From an uncultured bacterium (GTDB lineage Bacteria; Planctomycetota; UBA1135; GCA-002686595), in NCBI GenBank assembly GCA_943787795.1, contig CALSNU010000001.1, forward strand, positions 224,001 to 288,000: 64,000 nucleotides of DNA. The letters run 5' to 3'. A program made the position numbers and the translations under genes. A model generated the notes under the pieces. That model was not told the origin of the DNA. It did not search any database and saw only the letters and a program-made list of their open reading frames with translations. Every line of letters starts with the position of its first letter. Position 1 is the stretch's first letter. Below are positions 58,101-64,000 of this stretch, in pieces.

Positions 58101-58162
58101 TCGTCCACACCAGCCCCTGCCAAGGGGAGGAGCAGAGAGAGGAAGACGAGCGCCGGAGGCAT
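55145..58162 (-). CDS. Planctomycete cytochrome c (PSCyt1) / DUF1549 / DUF1553 protein
   Basis: CYACH and CARCH heme motifs, LLRRVTLDLTGLPPT, WLDAARY, NPLTARVAVNR, HPELLDWLA, YRRSLY. Confidence 0.92.
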   Translation of the reverse strand: MPPALVFLSLLLPLAGAGVDEDPAPVDFARDVLPILSDRCYACHGPDGAGRQAGLRLDLKEHAFADRDGFPALVPGDLEASELAARIRSEFPEEQMPPPDSNYALSEEEVQLLERWIQEGARWDEHWAFVPPARPTPPLLPPGADSPGTGSRGAIDRFVLAALERDGIAPAPEAAPGALLRRVTLDLTGLPPTPEALEAYLESPWDDRFERAVDRLLASPAYGERMAWEWLDAARYSDTDGYQADPTRSMWPWRDWLVDALNRNVPFDRLTVELLAGDLLPDATPEEVLASAFNRNHMYNGEGGRIAEETRTENVFDRVETTATTWLGLTVGCARCHDHRYDPISQREYFQLYDFFNQTSESGRIQGGRAAPTLAYIDAEGRARLDAIAAETAELEAARLAPDAELDAAEARWVAAWQARMEREPALARPSDLGVWRTSGPYLPGADLPGAGGPGTLFDRPFAPEPGAPADAEAAQYTDAPELVDGEVHESTPQVAAMYFRREIAAPSARRAELSLGSDDAIKVWVNGAEVLAKNVARGAEPDQERVVIDLAQGPNDLLIKIVNTGGRSGIYFKLVGEEVEGLDLGLFAASPTQIRTRFRAEHDPDWSTRSERLDALEAEAAGLRGAALPVMVMDHLPEDRRRTTRVLRRGSYLEPMEDVVPDTPAFLPPFPSSAPRDRLGLARWIVDPANPLTARVAVNRAWQTLMGRGLVASPGDFGRQSAAPTHPELLDWLATEFVRSGWDVKQLHRLIVTSSAYRRSASAAGTGFQDDPHNERLARASRTRLPSWMLRDQALALAGLLEPELGGAPVRPYQPDGVWAEATFGTIRYQQDTGSALYRRSLYVFWRRIVRPTFFFDTSKRQVCEVGRSVTNTPLHALTTLNETGYVEAARCFAARVLAPVPTAPPGELAHGGDTSISDEEARASVRRAFRAATAREPDAAELGVLLERFRAEQVHFAFHLGDAAELVAAGAAPAAEGLAVDVHAAMTVVCSIILNLDEVLCRP

Positions 58163-58235
58163 ACACCCATGCTACCGGGCGGCTCCCCGTTCGGGCGCAG
58201 CTGCCGGGTTCGCGCTCGATCCGATACCCTCGGTC

Positions 58236-59923
58236 ATGCTCCGCGCCGCCCTCCTGCTGTCCGCGTCCGTCGCCCTCGCCGCTGCTCCTGTCCACGGGCC
58301 CGCCGCGAACGGGCCGGGTGAAGGGGCCCCCGCCGCTCAACGTGCTCTGGCTCTCGGTGGAGGACATGAGCCCGTGGATCGGCGCCTACGGGGACCGCAC
58401 CGTGCCGACGCCGAACCTCGACGCCTTCGCCGCCGAGGCCCTGCGCTACGACAACGCCTTCGCCGACACCCCCGGTGTGCGCACCGGCCCGCACCGCGCT
58501 CATCACGGGGATGTACCCCACGCGCATCGGTGCCATGCACATGCGGGTGCGCTCCCGCAGCAAGTCCGCGGGGGACGAGGCCTACGGCGACCTGCCCCTC
58601 TACGAGGCCGTGCCGCCGCCCTTCGTGCGCTGCTTCCCCGAGCAGCTGCGCCTCGCCGGCTACCACACCACCAACAGCTCCAAGACGGACTACCAGTTCG
58701 TGGCACCGCCGGCGGTGTGGAATGCCTCGTCGCGCAAGGCGAGCTACGCGGGCCGGCCCGCGGATGCCCCCTTCTTCGCGGTCTTCAACCACACGGGTAC
58801 CCACGAGAGCCAGGCCTTCCCCGAGGCCCGCCAGCGTCCGAGCGCGGTGGCCCTCGAGGACGTGCCGATCCCGCCGATCTACCCGGATACGCCGACGGTG
58901 CGCGACGCCATGAAGCGCACCTACGACAACATCGCCGCCATGGACGCGTGGTTCGGCAAGCAGCTCAAGAGGCTCGAGAGCGCCGGGCTCGCGGACTCCA
59001 CCGTGGTGTTCTTCTTCTCCGACCACGGGGTGGGGCTGCCCCGGGGCAAGCGCTCGGTCTACGGGACGGGGACCCGCGTGCCGCTCCTGGTGCGCTTCCC
59101 GGAGGGGCGCTGGCCCGAGGGGCTCGCCCCCGGCACGGCCACCGATCGCCTGGTGAGCTTCATCGACTTCGGGCCGACGGTCCTGAGCCTCGCGGGCGTC
59201 GAGCCGGACCAGCGCCTGGACGGCCGCGCCTTCCTGGGCGAGTTCGAGGCGCCGCCGCGGGAGCACGTCTTCCTGCACGCGGACCGCTTCGACGCGGCGC
59301 GGGACCGGACCCGCGCGGTCACCGACGGGCGTCGGCTGGTGGTGTGGAACCTCATGCCCGAGGTGCCGCACCTGATCGCCAACGCCTACCGCGAGCGCAT
59401 CCCCATGACCCGGGACCTCTATGACCTGCGGGATGGTGGCTCCCGCGCCTCCACCCGCACCCCCGCCCAGTGGCAGACGGGCTCGAGCCGCCGCCCGGAG
59501 GTGGAGTGGTACGACCGGGCGGACGACCCCTGGGAGGTGCGCGACCTGCACGGCGTCCCCCTGTCCGCGGAGGGACGCGGGGCCTTCGAGGCCCTCGAGG
59601 TCGCCATGGAGGCATGGATGAAGAGCACGGATGACCTCGGCCTGATCGAGCCCGAGACGCGGATGGTCCATGAGCGCCTCTGGGGCGGCGAGACCCAGCC
59701 GGTCACCGCCTCTCCCGACCCCATGCCCCTCTCCACCGGCGGGCTTATCGGGTTCGACTGCCCGACGGAGGGCGCCTCCATCGCCTTCCGCTTCGGCGAC
59801 TCAAAGGGGTGGACGCCCTTCGGCGGCGAGCCCGTCGAGATCCCGCCCGGCGCGACCCGGGTGCAGGCGGTGGCCCACCGCATCGGCTTCAAGCGCTCCG
59901 ACGTGGTGACGCGCGAGCTTTAA
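58236..59923 (+). pseudogene. Exported Cys-type sulfatase with two apparent +1 frameshifts (pseudogene or assembly errors)
   Basis: Signal peptide in frame 58236, NVLWLSVEDMSP...TPNLD in frame 58318, VCAPARTALITG, SDHG and RGKR in frame 58475. Shifts near 58310 and in the C run near 58470. Confidence 0.82.
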
Positions 59924-60111
59924 GCCACGCCAGTTCTTCTATCGAACCTTGGTCCGAGTCCGTCATCGGCTTCCGGACAGTCGGGCGCGGATCCGCAGCG
60001 TCGAGGGACGGCTCGAACCCGACAGGGCGGCACGGATCGAGGGTGATAAGCGATCCAAGCTCCGACTTGGCGGAGCATGGGATCCTGCGGGAGACTCGAA
60101 GGCCCGTGCGA

Positions 60112-60137
60112 CGGGCGGCCCAGGGAAGGGCCGCCCG
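60112..60137. terminator. GC-rich hairpin, possible terminator between convergent genes
   Basis: CGGGCGGCCC-AGGGAA-GGGCCGCCCG followed by CTTCT. Confidence 0.45.
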
Positions 60138-60219
60138 CTTCTACCGAGAATGGCGATCGCGCTGGGCTGTGGAAGACCGAACTTCGCACTCCGCAGAGGA
60201 GCCCCGCACCTGATGCCCG

Positions 60220-61680
60220 TCAGTCCACCCGCTTCACGTCGGGCATCTTCCAGCTCCTGTCGAAGTACGACTCGAGCGGGCCGTAGAGGCGGAGGTAGAC
60301 GAAGAAGCCCTTCTCAGGATTCGACTCGATCCAGTTGTTCTCGTAGCCCGCGGGCGGGCTGCCGCCGATGATGACCTTCGTGCTCCCGTCAGGCTCGACC
60401 TTCAGCCCGCTCTGAACCGAGCTGATGTCGGACTTCCCCTGATCGTTCTGGATCAGGGTTCGGGTGTCGTTGTCATAGACCGTGATGGACCAGAACTGCT
60501 TGGCCGGCGAGTCCTTCGGAACGACCACCTCGTACTGGTGTCGGCCGTCGAGCCACTCACCCTCAGCATCCTGATACGCGCCGAGGTACTGTGAGCCAGC
60601 GCCCACGTTCTTCAGCACCATCGCCTTCGACGTCGTGATCGCCTCGTAGGCGTAGGCCCCGATCTCCATCGTCTCGTAGTAGCCCGGCGCGACATGGTCC
60701 AGATGGTTCATGTTCAGCACATACAGCCAGCTCCGGTCGGGCCAGTGCTTCTCCTTGACGGCATCCCGGCTGAAGCTGTTCACCATCGCGGCGGCGTTGC
60801 CGATCTCAGCGGCCTCGATGAGGAGTCGGGTCTGGCGCTCATCGGGCTCGAAGGGCTGCCCCTTCTCCATCCCGAGGCGCCGCATCTGGGTCAGGATGAA
60901 CCGGTTCCGGTCGACGACCGGCTCGTTCTGCAGCACCCGGTTCAGATCCTGCCAGTACTCCATGCCCCGCGACTGATCCCCCATCCACGTGGGCGACGAG
61001 GTCGCGTCGATGAACTTCTGGCCCCCGGGCTTCGCGCCGACGGCGTGGATCTGGTGCCCGTTCAAGACCGCCTTGTAGGCATCCCCCTCGAGGCCGATGA
61101 TCCGGCTGCCGATGAAGACGAGGTTGCTGCTGGACGACACGACGAAGTCGGCGTCGTGCTCCTCGGGGATCACGGACTCAGGGCCGACCATCAGGTAACG
61201 ACCGCCCTTTCCCTGGTCGGGCCCGACGACGCCGAGGTCCGCCTGCGGCGCCTGATAGATGTCGATGATCATGCCGCCGATCGGTCCCGCCGGCATGTCG
61301 AGGTAGTAGTTGCCCTCCGACAGATCGAGGAAGGTGAGCACGTAGGGCGTGGTCGTGTTGGCGGTCAGGATCGGGATCTTCTGATCGCGCTCCTCGTAGA
61401 TCAGCCAATCCCCGTACTCCGCCTCCTTCAGGAAGCCCGCACGCCACCGCTCGAGGCCGACGATCGGCAGCGCGTACTCGTGGGCCGAGATGGCCTGCGC
61501 GCGCAGCTGCTCGTCGCGAACAGGTTCCACGAGCGCCTGCTCGAGGTAGCCGTTGTCTTCGAACTTGATGGCGAGACTCTTGGGCGTCCCGGACGGGGCG
61601 CCGTTCAGCGACGCACAAGAAGCGCCCAGGGCGGCGGCCAGCAAGGCCAGCGGAAGGGGGAGGGTGTTGAGTGACGGCAT
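60220..61680 (-). CDS. DUF1254/DUF1214 lipoprotein
   Basis: LGASC lipobox, LTANTTTPY, GPDQGKGGRYL, GSQYL, FWSITVYD, RLYGP. Confidence 0.88.
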   Translation of the reverse strand: MPSLNTLPLPLALLAAALGASCASLNGAPSGTPKSLAIKFEDNGYLEQALVEPVRDEQLRAQAISAHEYALPIVGLERWRAGFLKEAEYGDWLIYEERDQKIPILTANTTTPYVLTFLDLSEGNYYLDMPAGPIGGMIIDIYQAPQADLGVVGPDQGKGGRYLMVGPESVIPEEHDADFVVSSSSNLVFIGSRIIGLEGDAYKAVLNGHQIHAVGAKPGGQKFIDATSSPTWMGDQSRGMEYWQDLNRVLQNEPVVDRNRFILTQMRRLGMEKGQPFEPDERQTRLLIEAAEIGNAAAMVNSFSRDAVKEKHWPDRSWLYVLNMNHLDHVAPGYYETMEIGAYAYEAITTSKAMVLKNVGAGSQYLGAYQDAEGEWLDGRHQYEVVVPKDSPAKQFWSITVYDNDTRTLIQNDQGKSDISSVQSGLKVEPDGSTKVIIGGSPPAGYENNWIESNPEKGFFVYLRLYGPLESYFDRSWKMPDVKRVD

Positions 61681-62032
61681 GGATGTTCCTTCTGTTGGGG
61701 TGGGGAGCCGCGCGCTCTGCTCATCGGCTGAGCACTTCACGGATCCGCTCCACCGGCTGGATTGAGGGCGAAGAGTATGAGGGATTGAGCGCGGGCCGAC
61801 AATGCAGACTCACGTCCAGCGGATGAGCGGTCCGAGCTGCCCGCTGCTGACGGACGGGGCGGGGCAGGGGGGCCTTGGGAACGATGGGGGACGGATGGCG
61901 CGAGTGGGCTGGGGCGGTGAGGAGCGAGCCCTGAGCCCATCAAGACGCCGCTCGCTCGTGGCCGTGGCTGTCCCAAGGCCCGAGCTCCCTTATGCGCTGG
62001 AGCCCAGGACGTGAACGTGGTGTGATCGCGCC

Positions 62033-63436
62033 ATGCTGATCTGCACCGCCATGCTGAGCCTCGCCGGCGCGCTTCAGGGAGGCGCCGCTCCTGACGTTCA
62101 AGCGTCCCTCGGGCCGGTGACGGGCCACCGCTTCCTCACCCTCGCCACGGTCGTGCGGGTCGACCAGATCGAGGTCACCCGCGACCTCTCCCACGGGCCG
62201 GACGAGTCGGCCATCCACGGGCCGGAGGAGGCGCGGGTCTTCCGGGAGGCCATTGCGGAGAGCTGGCCCGGCGGGCGCATCACCTGGGCCTTCAGCTGGA
62301 AGGCCCTGCACGACGAGCGGCCGCGCTACCGCGAGCTGCGGCGGGTGGTGGTGGACTACCACGAGCGCCTGGGCGATGAGGTCACCTTCATCCCCGGCGC
62401 TTACTTCGTGAACATGTACAACACCCGCGCCCAGGCGAACCGGGACCTGCACGAGGGCCTGGGGAAGGTCTCGGAGATGGTGGGGGATGGCTACCGGCCG
62501 AAGGCGGTGATCGCGGGGTTCCTCGCGGCCGAGAACCAGCGCTTCCTGGCGGAGGAGGAGGGTATCCACGTGTGCCAGGGCACGATCTGGAGCCAGTACG
62601 CGGTGGACAACGGGGACGGCGAGGGGTCGATCGCCTACCCCTACTACCCCTCGCGCGAGCACTTCTGCAAGCCGGCGCGCACGGAGGAGAGTCGCATCGA
62701 CTGCGTGAACCTCGACGGCTGGACCATCGACCTGCTCTGCGCTCGCATCCCCGGCTCGAGGACGGTGAACGGTGAGTGGCACCGCAGCCGCATGGGCGTC
62801 GGCCCGATCGAGACGGTGCTCTGGCTCGGCACCCGCCAGGGGACGGAGCAGATGCTCCACACCACCGCCGCCCACTTCGATCGCGGGTTCGAGCTGAACG
62901 GCTTCGGCTGGATCACCTGCACCTGGGAGCTCGGGTTGGTGGAGGGCCGGAAGATCTACGGCTACCAGGGCCGCAACGGCATGGAGGGGCTGCGCATCTG
63001 GCTGAGCGAGACCCGCAGGCGCTGGCCCGGGGCGCAGCTCGTCACCCACGGCGAGTTCGGGCTGCGGTGGCGCGAGGAGTTCAAGAGCAACGCCGAGCTG
63101 GACTACCGCTTCGAGCAGGAGGGATCAGGCATCCGCGGGTCGGTGGCAGGGGAGGAGGTGCGCTGGTTCATGAACCGCGACTTCCGCCTCGGCCTCCAGC
63201 GCAAGGACGGCGGCCCCGAGGAGATCATGGACTTCACCCGCTACGACCTCCCGGCCAAGGAGCCCGCCGACCCCACTCCCGGCGAGCCCACGCGCAACTG
63301 GAGCCTGATGAACCGGCTCAACCAAAAGGGCGTGCGCCCCCAGGACCGGCCGATCGCGCCGTCCGCGCTCACCGCGGAGGAGCGGCGGCTCATCGACGGT
63401 CACTACCCCGAGCTCTTCAAGGGCTCGGGGGAGTGA
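62033..63436 (+). CDS. DUF3863-like exported protein
   Basis: QIEVTRD, ITWAFSW, WSQYAVDNGDGEGSIAYPYYPSREHFCKPA, RWFMNRDFRL, recalled as DUF3863/DUF3864-type. Confidence 0.65.
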   Translation: MLICTAMLSLAGALQGGAAPDVQASLGPVTGHRFLTLATVVRVDQIEVTRDLSHGPDESAIHGPEEARVFREAIAESWPGGRITWAFSWKALHDERPRYRELRRVVVDYHERLGDEVTFIPGAYFVNMYNTRAQANRDLHEGLGKVSEMVGDGYRPKAVIAGFLAAENQRFLAEEEGIHVCQGTIWSQYAVDNGDGEGSIAYPYYPSREHFCKPARTEESRIDCVNLDGWTIDLLCARIPGSRTVNGEWHRSRMGVGPIETVLWLGTRQGTEQMLHTTAAHFDRGFELNGFGWITCTWELGLVEGRKIYGYQGRNGMEGLRIWLSETRRRWPGAQLVTHGEFGLRWREEFKSNAELDYRFEQEGSGIRGSVAGEEVRWFMNRDFRLGLQRKDGGPEEIMDFTRYDLPAKEPADPTPGEPTRNWSLMNRLNQKGVRPQDRPIAPSALTAEERRLIDGHYPELFKGSGE

Positions 63437-63472
63437 ACGGCAGCGGCGTCGGCCGCCCTGGTCGGCGGGGCC

Positions 63473-64000
63473 TCAGCCGTCGGTCGGCTTCACGGACGGG
63501 ATCAGGCGGTAGCCCTCGTCCCGCACTCGCTTGGACGGCTTGTAGTGCCGGACGATCAGGTTGAAGGAGCCGGTCGGGTTGTCCGTCGGGATGTTGTTGA
63601 CCGCGTCGGCGCCGCACCCGAAGCGGATCGTGAAGGTGCCGTCGGCGTTCGGCGTGGCGGTGTTGGAATTCAGGCTGGCCAAGTCGCCGAACATGAAGCC
63701 CTTCTTGTCGTAGACGGTGAACGACCAGAAGGCGTCGTTGCCCGGGTCCTCGAAGGTGGCCTCGAAGCCCTCGCCGGTGGGGTAGTCGCCGGACATCTCG
63801 TAGATGTTGTCGACCCACTGCGCGCCGCCCCAGCCGCCAGCGGCGCCCGTCTGGTACTTCTCGTCGGTGTAGAGGGCGTTGGAGTCGTCGCGGGGGTCGG
63901 TGAACATGCCCCGGGTGGCGGTCACGCCCTCACGCTTCGCGATGGCGGGGAGCATCGCCTTGAGCTCGGTCTCGACCCGGTCGAAGGACTCGCGATGGAC
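63473..64000 (-). CDS. DUF1214-domain protein, 5' part outside the window
   Basis: AAGGWGG, AFWSFTVYDKKGF, NADGTFTIRFG, VRHYKP; the frame stays open to the window edge. Confidence 0.8.
   Translation of the reverse strand, partial: VHRESFDRVETELKAMLPAIAKREGVTATRGMFTDPRDDSNALYTDEKYQTGAAGGWGGAQWVDNIYEMSGDYPTGEGFEATFEDPGNDAFWSFTVYDKKGFMFGDLASLNSNTATPNADGTFTIRFGCGADAVNNIPTDNPTGSFNLIVRHYKPSKRVRDEGYRLIPSVKPTDG

Noticed and set aside
1..64000. Frequent CTCGAG palindromes as a HIP-like repeat
   Set aside because: Largely explained by preferred CTC-GAG (Leu-Glu) codons; it cannot be supported without a codon-aware count.

Overview
Very GC-rich bacterial DNA with a Planctomycetota/PVC-type gene repertoire (DUF1501 plus PSCyt1/DUF1549/DUF1553 pair, five exported PQQ-type beta-propeller paralogues, several sulfatases). 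No rRNA, tRNA, CRISPR array, integrase or transposase was recognised. The most interesting element is a tightly coupled operon at 7402-16878: two exported PQQ-like propellers, a DUF3311 + sodium:solute symporter pair, an EhpF/GriC-like adenylating enzyme, a GriD-like aldehyde-dehydrogenase-fold reductase and an iron-containing alcohol dehydrogenase. It is flanked by a DxDD-bearing squalene-hopene-cyclase-like gene (left edge), a stand-alone cysteine desulfurase, and a second unit of propeller + HemN-like radical SAM + CxxC-bearing GT4 glycosyltransferase (25230-29107). Together these suggest an uncharacterised small-molecule, lipid or cofactor pathway; the product is my inference only. The rest of the window holds a duplicated cyclase 3' end (insertion scar), a prokaryotic cation-chloride cotransporter, an orphan pseC + capsule-type gene pair, a complete 4-hydroxyproline catabolic divergon with a clear operator palindrome, a hybrid histidine kinase, glycan/sulfate-scavenging genes (two sulfatases broken by mostly +1 frameshifts), short intergenic tandem repeats and a recurring leaderless-promoter signature. 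All family assignments come from motif recognition and memory, not database searches, and several start codons are my choice.
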